Assembly: GCA_030390025.1 (NCBI GenBank)
Contig: CM059433.1
Coordinates: 17,982,001-18,046,000 of the forward strand
DNA: 64,000 nucleotides
Reading direction: 5' to 3'
Source: Squalus acanthias
Taxonomy: Eukaryota
Each line of letters starts with the position of its first letter. The stretch's first letter is position 1. Shown in pieces: positions 12,717 to 25,296 of the stretch. The notes beneath the pieces were generated by a model. It searched no databases. It saw only the letters and a program-made list of their open reading frames with translations, and was not told the origin of the DNA. Both the position numbers and the translations under genes were made by a program.

Positions 12717-13816
12717 GGATAGAGAACTGGTTGGCAGACAGGAAGCAAAGAGTTGGAATAAACGGGTCTTTTTCTGAGTGGCAGGCAGTGACTAGTGGGG
12801 TACCGCAGGGATCGGTGCTAGGACCCCAGTTATTCACAATATATATTAATGATCTAGACGAGGGAACTAGATGTAATATCTCCAAGTTTGCAGATGACTC
12901 AAAGCTGGGTAGGCGTGTGTGTTGTGAGGAGGATGCAGAGAAACTCCAGTATGATTTGGACAAGTTGGGTGATTGGGCAGATGCATGGCAGATGCAGTAT
13001 AATGTGGATAAATGCGAGGTTATCCACTTTGGTGGCAAAATCAGGAAGACAGATTATTATCTGAACGGCAATAGATTGGGAAAAGGGGAAGTGCAACGAG
13101 ACCTGGGAGTCCTTGTGCACCAATCGTTGAAGGTAAGCATGCAGGTGCAGCAGGCGGTTAAGAAGGCAAATGGTATGTTGGCCTTCATAGCGAGAGGATT
13201 CGAGTACAGGAGCAGGGATGTCTTGCTGCAGTTGTACAGGGCTTTGGTGAGACCACACCTTGAGTACTGTGTGCAGTTTTGGTCGCCTTATCTGAGGAAG
13301 GATGTTCTTGCCATGGAGGGAGTGCAGCGAAGATTCACCAGACTTATACCTGGGATGGCAGGAATGATGTATGAAGAGAGATTGGGACGATTGGGCTTGT
13401 ATTCGCTAGAGTTTAGAAGAATGAGAGGGGATCTCATTGAAACTTATAAAATTCTAACAGGACTAGACAGACTAGATGCAGGAAGGATGTTCCCGATGGC
13501 GGGGGAGTCCAGAACCAGAGGTCACAGTCTAAGGATAAGGGGTAAGCCATTTAGGACTGAGATGAGGAGGAATTTCTTCACCCAGAGAGTGGTGAACCTG
13601 TGGAATTCTCTACCACAGAAGGCAGTTGAGGCCATTCATTAAATATATTCAAGAAGGAGTTAGATATATTTCTTAAGGCTAAAGGGATCAAGGGATATGG
13701 GGAGAAAGCAGGGACAGGGTACTGAGTTTGGATGATCAGCCATGATCTCATTAAATGGTGGAGCAGGCTCGAGGGGCCGAATGGCCTACTCCTGCTCCTA
13801 TCTTCTATGTTTCCAT
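12717..13816 (+). mobile_element. Young 5'-truncated CR1/HER1 family A LINE
   Basis: About 300 uninterrupted RT codons; 7-bp TSD GTAAGCC at 12710-12716 and 13817-13823. Confidence 0.95.
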
Positions 13817-14314
13817 GTAAGCCATTTCACCCCTTGAGATCACGGCTGATCTGTCACCTAACTCCAAAGTAACCATTAATGTGCACAACAAAGGAGTCCC
13901 AGGGATCTTAATGTTCTCTGTGTGCAATTGTTAGTACTGTCAATCCAATACATATCGAACGGTCAGCAATTATAAATCATTCCGCAGTACATGCATGTTC
14001 TGATGTCACTTCTGCTTCGGTTTGCCTTTGTGGTTTGTGACCAATTTAATAATCTGTCAAATCAGGATTGCTAAATCCGTCTTCTGATAAATGAGATTGA
14101 CTTGAAACATTCAAGGCACGAGCAGTTGCATTTTAGTTAGACACTAGGAGAATTTGATAAATCTTCTACCTGACAAAAATTTTATTTGGGGTGGAAATAT
14201 TGTTTGGTAGAATTTCTGGTAGTTCTAACCATCATCCGCATATTAAACTGAGGAAAAAATTTTACAGGTATGGAATCTGCTAATTTAGGTTCGATAGTTT
14301 AGAAATTATCATTT

Positions 14315-14750
14315 GCGCCAACACGGTGGCATAGTGGTTAGCACTGGTGCCTCACAGCGCCAGAGACCCGGGTTCGAATCTGACCTCGGGTGACTGTCTG
14401 TGTGGAGTTTGCACATTCTCCCCGTGTCTGCGTGGGTTTCCTCCGGGTGCTCCGGTTTCCTCCCACAGTCCAAAAATGTGTGGGTTAGGTTGATTTGGCT
14501 ATGATAAATTGACCCTTAGTGTGAGGGGGGATTAAATATGTGGGGTTATGGGGATAGGATGGGATATGTTAGGGGGAATTAAATACGTGGGGTTACGGGG
14601 GTAGGGTGGGATATGTGTACTGTGGGGATTAAAGCAGGGACAGGGTACTGGATTTGGATGATCAGCCATGATCGTATTGAATGGCGGAGCAGGCTCGACG
14701 GGCCGAATGGCCTACTCCTGCTCCTAGATTCTATGTTTCTATGTTTCTAT
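14315..14750 (+). mobile_element. HE1-like V-SINE
   Basis: A-box TGGCATAGTGG, B-box GGTTCGAATC (14371-14380), V-domain 'tgtgtggagtttgcacattctccccgtgtctgcgtgggtttcctccgggtgctccggtttcc', and a 3' tail nearly identical to CR1 family A. Confidence 0.9.
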
Positions 14751-14840
14751 GATATTAGTGTTCAGGCACCTTACACATTTTTATGATATTTCTGTTTCTA
14801 CTATTTTTGAGGTATTAATCTCTTTATTTGGCTTTCAAAG

Positions 14841-15307
14841 AAAGAAAGAATTTGCATTTATCTAATGCTTTTTACGACCTAAGAATGTCCCAAAGCAATT
14901 TACAGCCAATTAAGTACTTTTGAAGTTTAATTACCGTTGCAGTATAGGGAAAAACGGCAGCCAATATGCACATAGCAAGGTCCCACAATCAAAAATGAGA
15001 TTAATGACCAGATCATCTGTCTTAATTATAGTCGTTGAGAGATGAATATTGGCCAGGACACCAGGATAACTCCTCTGCTCTTATTTGAGTAGAGCCATAC
15101 GATCTTTTACATCCACCTGAGAGGACAGATTATTGTCTCAGTTTATTGTCTCATTCAAAAGGCAGCACCTCTAACAGTGCAGCATTCCCTCAGTACTGCC
15201 CTCAAGTATCAGCCTAGATTATGTGCTAATGTCTCTGGAGTGGAGCTTGAGACCACAACCTTATGACTCAGAGGCAAGAGTGCTACCACTGAGCCAAGGC
15301 TGACACA
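14841..15307 (-). mobile_element. Deu-SINE (SacSINE1-like), near full length
   Basis: Colinear with 11951-12369 and 31250-31672. Confidence 0.8.
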
Positions 15308-15354
15308 ACTACTGTAAAAGGCTGCTGTAGCAAGGGGGTTGGAATAAAAGAGTG

Positions 15355-15915
15355 AGAAGTGATGGCCAGACCCCATCTGGAGTACTGCGTTCAGTCTTGG
15401 GCTCCGGATCTCAGGAAAGATATATAGGCCTTGGAATGGGTTCAGCGCAGATTCATCAGAATGATACCAGGACTTAAAGGGCTAAGTTATGAGGACAGGT
15501 AACAAAAAAACTTGGTTCGTATTCAAGCAAGTTTAGAAGGTTGAGGAGTGATCTAATCTAGATCTTTAAAATGATAAAGGGATTCATTTGGGTAGATGCA
15601 AAGAAACTGTTTCCTCTGGTGGGAGAATCCAGAACAAGGGGCACAATCTTAAAATTAGAGCCAGGCCTTTTAGGAATGAAATCAGGAGTCATTTTTTCAC
15701 ACAAAGGGTTGTGGAAATCTGGAACTCGCTCATCCAGCAGATGCTGGCTCAGTTGAAATTTTCAAGACTGGGATTGACAGATTTTTGTTCGGTAAGGTTA
15801 TCACGGGATATGGAGCAAAGGCGGGTAGATGGAGCTAAGATACAGATCAGCCATGATCTAATTGAATGACAGAACAGGCTCGAGGGACTGAATGGCCTAC
15901 TCCTGTTCATATGAA
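15355..15915 (+). mobile_element. Degenerate CR1 3' end
   Basis: HLEYCVQ..., FFTQRVVEIWNSL, tail gatcagccatgatct. Confidence 0.85.
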
Positions 15916-16299
15916 CCTACGTGCTCCTATATTGACTTTATTTCTAAAATAAAAAAGATTTCAGTACAGCTGGAAGAACTAAATAAGTGAAAGTGCAAGA
16001 AAATGATCCTGTTAGAAAAATAGGGCTCAGGTGGCTGAGTGGGTAAATATAAACTAGGATGGGCCCAGATTTAATCTCTGATCTCCTTTGAGTTAGCTGC
16101 TCTAAGTTGGGTTCAGTAGAGGTGCAAAACTGCCCTGAATGCCTCAAGTAGGATGGTCTTACCACACAAGAGTTGTCACTGCTTTCAGTGGGAATGAATT
16201 TCATCAGCTGTGTACTGAGATGTATGAAATGGTTGCATGAAGTTGCAGTTAGAAGGGCCGATCGTCTCTCCTCATGGTTTACCAAGTTTACCCAAAGCT

Positions 16300-16585
16300 C
16301 AGTTGAGCCACACAAAAACCAGGAATTTTCCGGTTCATCCGCAGTCTATGCTAAGTGATTTGATCGTAGTGCTAGGGGGTTCTACAATTAGCCTCAGTGA
16401 CCGCGGGCGAGGGAGTAGCATAAAATTTATCCAGGGTTCCCCTTCCTGATCACTGTCCAGTGACAGCTGTTGGAAACTGCATGCATGTGTATATCTGGTG
16501 GGGATCAGACTTGGCTCAGATACTCAAATAACCAGCCAACACTCGCTGTCCTGGTAGACATATAAAGGATGGCTACTTGGGTTAC
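16300..16585 (+). mobile_element. Ancient tRNA-derived SINE (AmnSINE2-like by recall)
   Basis: 'ctacaattagcctcagtgacc...ccagggttcccc ttcctgatcactgtccagtgac'; related degenerate copies near 16030-16140 and 36690-36900. Confidence 0.5.
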
Positions 16586-18017
16586 TGACGCTGTCAATGC
16601 TGGGAGCTAAGTTGTTTTTATTGAAATGAGAAGCAACAGCATCATTTGCAATAAATTCATAGCAGATAACACAGAAAACCAAAGTAATGAGAGGTGGGAA
16701 AAACAGTGTGATTGTACAGTCTCCTGTCTTTCTGCCTGTGCATGTGTGATCCTCTGTAATTGAAACCAAGAGTAGCTGTAATATCTCACAAGTTTTTAAA
16801 AAAAGCAGCTAAATATAAGTCATAAATAATCGTGAAACTAATAGTTTAAGCACCATAGCAAGTTCTGAGAATACTGTTAGATACAAATTTAGTAACTGCT
16901 ACATCATTATTTTCCACATTATTTTCATGTTTTTCCAACGTGAACTTTATTTCTTAACATAGAAATTATGATTTGCTAGAAACTATAAGGGAGACTTTCC
17001 TGGGTCTGCGGCCAAATGCGCTGGATTACCCGGGAACCACAAATATCAGAAAATCGAGCAGGTTGGAACACACTGCTCTAAAGGAACCTGCCTGTTTTTA
17101 CTCCTATCTAAATTAAATATGAGCCATACTAAGTAAGTGAATGAAAAGATATTGCAAACTAAAATTATGTTTCAGTATCATTTCCATATTTCTGGATTTT
17201 GGATCATTTTTCCATAGAAAGGATCTTTCCACAGGGGGCCAAGAGATATTTTAGATGTTGTGTTTTTTAAGTATAGTGTACTTACTAAAAATTAAAAAAG
17301 GCACTGAGACAATTGATGATTAAAATGCTAATAAAACAAGCTTTAATGTCGCTTCCCCAAAGATTGTAACTAATGAGCAATTTTTTTTAGCTTTCCTCAA
17401 CAATTGATGAAAAACCTTACACCCATTATGTTGGGAAGTCTCTGATCCTCTTTGGCTGCAATTGGAGGGAGATTTAAAAAGACAGAGACAGAGGCACATC
17501 CAGAGGCCTGGCTTTTCCTCTTTGTTGCTCAGTTTCAACGGGTTGTCCATCCCTCCATGTCCATCCCAGCCCAGACCTGACCTGTTTTCTTGGGATCATT
17601 AGAGAACCACAGAGGTCTACCAGCAGGATTCTCACTGTCAAAGAAGAGCCGGCTAGTGGCAGCAAGGAAATTCCGTTGCAGCACGAGAAGATCCGACGAG
17701 GGACTTAATGGGGAAGAAGTGCCCCCAAAGATCAGCATGAGATTTTCCACTGGAGCCTTGGCTGAGACTGAATCCTTCGGCAGGTAAGTGTTTGGAGGGT
17801 GAGGCAACTGCTCCTGGGCCCTCCATTTGGGTATTTACCACCGCCTATCAAAGCTTTACCACTATCTTCGACATGGAAGTGGCAGTAAGTGTGGCAGGGA
17901 GCAGAGACATCCAATGGGACCTCATTTACATGCGGCTAGCAGGGAAGGAGCAGACAGCAGCAGTCCTGGCAGGGTCGGGTGGAGGGTATTCCTGGTCAAA
18001 CAGTGAGGTAACATGAA

Positions 18018-18204
18018 GGGGTAGAAAGTCATCTCGGGCAGCAGTGCAAAACGGGTGTTATCGCACCGGCCGCCCTTTACACACCCCGCCCAATATTCAG
18101 TTCCATTGACTTCAATAGAAACGAATATTGGACTGAGCGTAAAGCAGGCGGCCGGGTGCGATAACGCCCGTTTCGCACTGCCGCCCGAGACAAATATCGA
18201 CCCC
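18018..18204. mobile_element. Palindromic 187-bp MITE (Harbinger/Tourist-like)
   Basis: GGGGTAGA...TCGACCCC; arms complementary along nearly the whole length around 'ccattgacttcaatag'. Confidence 0.8.
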
Positions 18205-18989
18205 AATACTTTCAGGTGGGATCACAGAAGAAAGTTTCCCCCAGGTAGTCGCTCAAGTTTTAAAGAGAAGGCTGCAAGGGACAGTCAAATCCAGGAAAGG
18301 CTGGAAGAAGGTTAGAATGTAGGAGTGTGCTTAAGAGTGTTCTTGTTTAAGTCAAGCAAGACTGATATGGGAAAAGTGGCAGGTTTATTATTTGGTATTG
18401 CTTTGCGAAGAAGAGGTGTACTGATTAAACTCAGTGAGTCTCGTCATAACTATAGCTCTGTATGTTTACTCGCTGTGAAATAAAGCAGCTTAATGAATTG
18501 TATCTGGCCGAGCCTTATCAGGTGTTTTCTCAGTCCATCTTCAAAAAACACATGAGCAACTGACAAAAATATACAGTTCATATCACAAGGGGATACTGTG
18601 GTTATACTCCTGCGTTAGGGCAGTGCAGATACACCCCAGAATAGAAGAAGCTCAGATTGCTTACAAGAGTCACTAGCACCACTGTACCCAAGAGAATATC
18701 CCTAAACTTGTAATAGCTATTTTAATTACAATGACAGAAATCTGCAGATATAATAATGATGCTTTATGCAGTTGTGCTAGAATGCTGATGGCCCATCTCA
18801 TTAAAACACTGCAATCGAAGCTAATATTAAATGCATACTAATACAAAATCTGAAATTAAGATTGGGAACCAAGGTGGCCCTGCAGTGCCACGTGTATAAC
18901 ATGCCACACCCGTGAACAGTGGAGTACAAGGCTCCCCTGCAGAGAGTCCTAAATTCAGTCAGATTGCTGGGGAGGCGGAGAAACTAAAA

Positions 18990-19662
18990 GGCCCGTAATT
19001 TTCCATGTTCAGTTGAAATCAGTGTAAGTTCATGGGGAATCCCTAACGCTGTGATGTCAACAAGCTGTCTAAACAGCCAATCACAATGCAGATTTCTCAC
19101 AGACTGAAGTGAGTAAGGAAGTGAATAAGCTCCTTTGATTCTAACGTTTTTAACTTGTTATAGAGAGCAAAACATAGACTGGGGCTCTCACATGGGGAAA
19201 AGGTAAACCTGAAATAATCATGAACAAACTTTTAAAAAAAAATTAAAGTTTCTTAAAAACTTAAATTTTTATTAAAGTGGATAAATTTGACACTCCACAC
19301 AATAAAAATTAGTTTTTCAGGGCCATAACCTTTGTTTAGCAGGTCAATACTCTGTTAAAACCCCAGTTACACCTAATCCAAAAGGGTCTAGCTTTTAATG
19401 GGGTATTTAACAGCCGTATTATCGCAGAATCGCTGAAATTTTCATCAGTTTCCCTGATTTGACAGATTAGACTGATTGCCGGCTGTTGGGTTGGGGGGCC
19501 ACAGTGCAGCCAGTGTCGGAGCAGTGAATGACTGGCCGCAACTTCAGGATTTCCGCGTTAGGGTGCGCATGCACTAAGTCCTGAAGTTGTGGTCAGTTTC
19601 AAAGGGGTAATAACGGCGAACGCTATTCGTTTGCTGTTATTACCCACTGCAAATTCCGGGCC
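18990..19662. mobile_element. Harbinger-type non-autonomous element
   Basis: TIR GGCCCGTAATTT/AAATTCCGGGCC; second colinear copy at 62107-63770. Confidence 0.8.
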
Positions 19663-20224
19663 ATTGTGTCCAATGGGGTTGAAATTCCAATATGAGCACA
19701 TCGGCCGTGCTAGTGCATTTGCACGGGTGCATTTTGCACTGTTGACACAGTGGTGGGATGTCCCCAGGTTTTCTGCTGTCCTCTTATCTATTTAGTGTTA
19801 GTACCTGGAAGAATTCGGGATGCAATTTGCATCCTGCGCTGAGAACGCAGATGCCGGAAAGTGGGGGGGAGGCGGCGGGGGGGGGAAGCGGGATTTTGTA
19901 GGCAGGTGCATTAGTAGTATGCGCAGTTCCTTAAAGCAGCACGTACCCTTTCCACAGTGACCAAAGTTTGAAAGTGGACGTTTTCTGCTGTGTATTGTGT
20001 GCTGAGAGGAAGCAGGACTCGAGCAAAGTGCCTCAAATGGGAGCAGTGCAGCCGTAAAATTAAAAGCAAAGAAAGGGGAACAAGTGGCCCGTGGACCATG
20101 TTTGCCCGTGGACCAGTCAGTGGATGGCTCGTTTTAACAATGCTGATGGAGTTTTTTGGTGCCAAATGTGATTTAAAACAATTACAAACTTCCTGAGATT
20201 AACAACGATAAGGCAAAACGTATC

Positions 20225-21147
20225 AGGGTAGAAACTCACCTTGGGCGGTAGCGCTAAACAGGCGCTACTGCATCGGCCGCCGTTATACACTCTGCCTGAT
20301 ATTCGTTCTATTGAAGCCAATGGAATTGAATATCAGGCGTGGCGTATAATGGGAGGCAGAGAAGCATAGAAGATAGGAGCAGGAGTAGGCCATTCGGCCC
20401 CTCGAGCCTGCTCCGCCATTTAATGAGATCATGGCTGATCATCCAAACTCAGCACCCTGTCCCTGCCTTTCTCCCCATATCCCTTGATCCCTTTAGCCTT
20501 AAGAAATATATCTATCTCCTTCTTGAATATATTTAATGAATTGGCCTCAACTGCCTTCTGTGGTAGAGAATTCCACAGGTTCACCACTCTCCGGGTGAAG
20601 AAATTCCTCCTCATCTCAGTCCTAAATGGCTTACCCCTTATCCTTAAACTGTGACCTCTGGTTCTGCACTCCCCCACCATCGGGAACATCCTTCCTGCAT
20701 CTAGTCTGTCTAGTCCTGTTAGAATTTTATAAGTTTCAATGAGATCCCCTCTCATTCTTCGAAACTCTAGCGAATATAAGCCTAATCGACCCAATCTCTC
20801 GTCATACGTCATTCCTGCCATCCCAGGTATCAGTCTGGTGAATCTTCACTGCACTCCCTCCATGGCAAGAACATCCTTCCTCAGATAAGGCGACCAAAAC
20901 TGCACACAATACTCAAGGTGTGGTCTCACCAAGGCCCTGTACAACTGCAGCAAGACATCCTTGTTCCTGTACTCGAATCCTCTCGCTATGAAGGCCAACA
21001 TACCATTTGCCTTCTTAACCTGCCTGCTGCACCTGCATGCTTACCTTCAGCGACTGGTGCACAAGGACTCCCAGATCTCGTTGCAGATCTCGAGGCAGAT
21101 GTGTTACCGCTCATTTTGAGCTTCCGCCCAAGATAAATCTCCACCCC
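20225..21147. mobile_element. Second palindromic MITE of the 18018 type, split by a CR1
   Basis: GGGTAGAAAC...TCTCCACCCC; centre 'ctattgaagccaatgg'. Confidence 0.75.
20361..21091 (-). mobile_element. Young CR1 family A 3' end
   Basis: RT C-terminus and tail; 8-bp TSD GAGGCAGA at 20353-20360 and 21092-21099. Confidence 0.93.
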
Positions 21148-21949
21148 TTTGTGTCATTAAAAATCTGGTACTACCAACAATGCATAGTTTAGAGTGTGGA
21201 GGAAAGGAACAGTTCTTAAGGATTCGGTTCAATAAGCCAAAGCACAGGAGCGTTCAACGTAAGCTGGCAAAAACTGGTAGAGGATCATGAAGCAGCAAGC
21301 CATCCCTCTTGTTGCAAAGCCAGTCAAGAAAGTCGGGTCCTGATATATCACCTGGGACAACTTGTATCTCCGTGTGGTCTCTTAGCTTCTAACCCAGGGG
21401 TGATAGACTTCACTCCATTGGCAACAAGTAGTGCACCAAAGCCAGAAGACGACTATTGCTGAATTCACCCTAGTCTTTATTTCCGCACCAATTTCCAGCT
21501 CTCTTGAAGGTGTTGACTCCGTGACACCACACCCTCCTTCCTAAGATTTGAATCATTGACACCTAATTTGGTATATTTCTCACTATTTTTGATTTCTGCC
21601 TTGCAAGCCAAAAATAACTTATCCTGGAAGAATTAGGGATATTTTAAATATAAAAATAAAGTAGATGTCGGCCTTCAGTACAACTTTGCAGGATCAGTTA
21701 TTTTCATTGAGAATCTAACCCCAGATACAGCTTGGTGATTTGTGAGCTGAAACACTGATTACAATAATCCCAATCAGCAGTGCTTTCTACCTTCAGAAGA
21801 ACCTCTGTGGCTGTCCCTGTTCTGGACCCCATGGCGGCCCAGGGGCAAGCGAGAGTTACTTGGATTGAGCATATGCTGATTTATCTATTTCAGATAAACA
21901 ATTGCGTTTTTTTAAAGTAGCTTCAGGAGGAATAAGGCTGAGTCAAACT

Positions 21950-22517
21950 TAGTGAGACTGCACCTGGAGTACTGTGTGCAGTTTTGGTCTCCTTACCTAA
22001 GAAAGGATATACTTGCGATAGAGGGAGTGCAGCGAAGGTTCACCAGACTGATTCCTGGGATGGCAGGACTGTCGTATGAGGAGAGATTAGGTCGACTAGG
22101 CCTGTATTCACTAGAGTTTAGAAGAATGAGAGGGGATCTCATTGAAATGTAGAAACTTCTGACAGAGCTAGACAGACTGGATGCAGGGAGGATGTTTCCC
22201 CTGGCTGGGGGCTCTAGAACGAGGGGTCACAGCCTCAGGATAAGGGGTAGGACATTTAGGACTGAGATGAGGAAAAATTTCTTCACTAAGAGAGTGGTGA
22301 CCCTGTGGAATTCTCTACCACAGAAGGCTGTGGAGGCCAAGTCACTGAATATATTTAAGAAGGAGATAGATAGATTTCTAGACACAAAAGGCATCAAGGG
22401 GTATGGGGAGAGAGCGGGAATATGGTATTGAGATAGAGGATCAGCCATGATCAAATTGAATGGCAGAGCAGGCTCGATAGGCCTACTCCTGCTCCTATTT
22501 TTCTATGTTTCTATGTT
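21950..22517 (+). mobile_element. CR1 family A 3' end
   Basis: [16 protein letters not shown]..., tail ttctatgtttctatg. Confidence 0.92.
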
Positions 22518-23364
22518 GGCAATTCGTGCCGTGACAGAAATGGGCAAATAAAGGCCATGAATGCAGTCACACCAAAGATCACCTTATTGATCAAGAGCAG
22601 TTACAACTAATCTTGAAGAAAATAGGCCTTCATATAGGAGACGTTCCTTTGAGGAAAATGAAAAGTTAAAAGCTGCACCTTAGCACCTTATTTGATACGT
22701 GTACCTCTTTGTGAACCAAATGCTAAATAGGATCACTTGTAGCTGTGAAGTCCAATCACAACCAACAGTGGGGGAAATAAAACACCAATAGGCCATATAA
22801 CAAAGTGCACTGAGGCAATGCTTTAAGAATTTATCTCACCAAGTTTCAAATTGAAGGTAGATAGCAAACATCAGGTACAAGCACAACAGGGTCCTCAAGT
22901 GATATACCTGAGGCTTTGAAACACTGCAACATGTAATTTTCCTAAAGTGCAACTTGTTTTATTAATCCTGTGGAGTTTGTTGGTTTTCAGTCTGCACCTA
23001 ATACAGTTTGATTATTTTTAGTGCTCTTTTTAATGCAAGTTACATTTCAGTTGTGCAATTTAGTCATTGAACAGACTTTGTGCTTGTACTTTTCCCCCCA
23101 TTGAAAACAGTGGGAGCCCTCATGAGCAGACGAAGATCATCCTGCCCAGAGGCACTATGCTGTTTTCCCATCCTCTTGAGATCTCATAGTTCTCTTAATG
23201 GGCACAAGCCGATTGATGTGATGCACCTTTATAAACATAGACTTCTACAGGCAGTTCGTGCTTGAGAGCATGCAGTTGTCAGTGGATGGGTGATTTCTCA
23301 CATTGTATATAACGCTCGATAAAATAAAGGAGCTAGTCTGCAGAGCTCATATGGCATCACAGAC

Positions 23365-23640
23365 CAGGGTTCCCGACCCTGTCGGAATGACCAGGAGTTT
23401 CCCGGAATCAGTGGTACCTCTCCCGAGCTCTGCCGCCAGCAGCCCAGGAGATTAGCTATTTAAATTTCTCGCCGCAGTGCCCCCCCCGGCATCACCAGAT
23501 ACTGTTAAAGCCTCAGGCTCGGTGATGTCACTAGGGTTCCCAACCCTCCCGGTTAGGGCAGGAGTCTACGGGAATGGGCAATTGGTCTCCCGAGCACTGC
23601 TGCCAGCGACTCGGGAGAAACGTTCCTGTGTGCGCGGTTC
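23365..23640 (+). mobile_element. Two tandem or nested hAT-like ends ((C/T)AGGGTTCCC)
   Basis: Two similar ~90-bp stretches starting near 23365 and 23532; the right end is not clearly found. Confidence 0.5.
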
Positions 23641-23829
23641 GCACATGGGCAGTACCCCGGTTGTCGTGGCTTGCTACCAAACCGCGATGTCTGAGTCCTA
23701 TTGGTCTCCCCACTATTCGGAAGCACATCGCTTCATTACTGGTTGTGGGGATGATGGCATCACTTGCCTTAAAAAGAACACTTAAAAAAATGTCACCTGG
23801 AAACTCAGTGAGTCCTGAGAGAGCAACTA

Positions 23830-24228
23830 GGGGAGGGAGAGACAGAAAAACACAAACTGGGGAGAGAGGGAGAAACACAAACTGGGAAGGGAGGGAGAAA
23901 CACAAACTGGGGAGAGAGGGAGAGACACAAACTGGGGAGAGAGGGAGAAACACAAACTAGGAAGGGAGGGAGAAACACAAACTGGGGAGAGAGGGAGAAA
24001 CACAAACTGGGGAGGGTGAGAGAGCAACACAAACTGGGGAGAGAGGGAGAAACACAAACTGGGGAGGGAGAAAGTAACACAAACTGGAGAGGGAGGGAGG
24101 GAGAAACACAAACTGGGGAGGGAGAAAGCAACACAAACTAGAGACAGAGCAACACAAACTGGGGAGGGTGAGAGAGCAACACAAACTGGGGAGACAGGGA
24201 GAAACACAAACTGGGGGTGGGAGGGAGA
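23830..24228. repeat. ~25-bp purine-rich minisatellite
   Basis: About 15 copies of GGGAGAAACACAAACTGGGGAGAGA with variants. Confidence 0.93.
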
Positions 24229-25296
24229 GTACATGTCAGCCTGTGATGTGCGCTGTTGTATAATATGTTTTATTCCGGGAGTGAAGCAGCATTGGTGCTG
24301 CTCCCTGAAGATTGAGGCTCACCTCCCTGAAGCTGGGTTTCCATGGTGGGGTGTGGGAGTCAGTGAATTGAATTAGATTTGGTTTTTGGTTTTATTTATT
24401 ATTTTTATAACTTGCTGTGTATTGTAAAAAAGTCATAAAGTTGTCCGAAAACTTTAGTTAGGTTTTATTTATATCGATGGCACGACAAAGCATTTGTATC
24501 ATCTGTGCAACTTCTCCATGCTTTGATATAAATTCTTAGTTTAAGTACATAACCAATGACGTATTCAGACTACGGCCTTGAAATTCAGCAAGAGTTCACT
24601 GTTGTTCTGCCATCACTCCAATAGGAGGTCACCAGCGCCATTCTCTCGAGGTTTGATTAGCAAGGTTAAAGTGCTTTATTTAGGTTTAACATGCTCTTAA
24701 CAATTTTTCCACACATGGAAGAATTTTCCACAGCTTTTTTATTAACGTCAGCCTGTGTGAATTAATACCTAGTGATGTCACCCTGTTGCACTCTGTTCAT
24801 TTCTTTCTTTACTTTCGTGTAAAAATGTACCAAGGCTAAGATTGTGGAGTGTTAATCAGGTGTCAGTGCTCACGCTGAATCTAAGTGGAGTGAGACAACC
24901 TAGTCCAGAGAGTCTCGTTCCTCTTTACTCCAGTGTCAGGTCAGGTCTGACTTCAGGTTAACGCTAGATTTGCACTATAAGTGAAGTATTGGTCTGAGGT
25001 GAAACCACTTTGTACCGATGTGTGAATGCACCCCTAGATTTTCTTTTGCCTCTCAGATTATTAGGTGTATCAATCCAGCACCTGTGGGTAGAAACTGTCA
25101 TGTTAGCATAATAGAGATGAAAAGGCTGATCAAAATTAGCAAAACTATTTTGAAGATTTGGTTATTAGCATTAGGTTGCATTAAGTTATCAGGCCATGCT
25201 TGCCGCATGCAAATTGCAAGTTATCTGATTTTAAATTTCAATTTTAATTAATAGACCCTGGATTAAAATCAGCACTCAGATAATGAAGCAGTTTTA

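Noticed and set aside
12590..13642. 350-aa ORF as a stand-alone gene
   Set aside because: A truncated CR1 RT with chance in-frame upstream sequence, bounded by a TSD.
14327..14385. tRNA gene
   Set aside because: A and B boxes run straight into the V-domain and LINE tail, so this is a SINE head.
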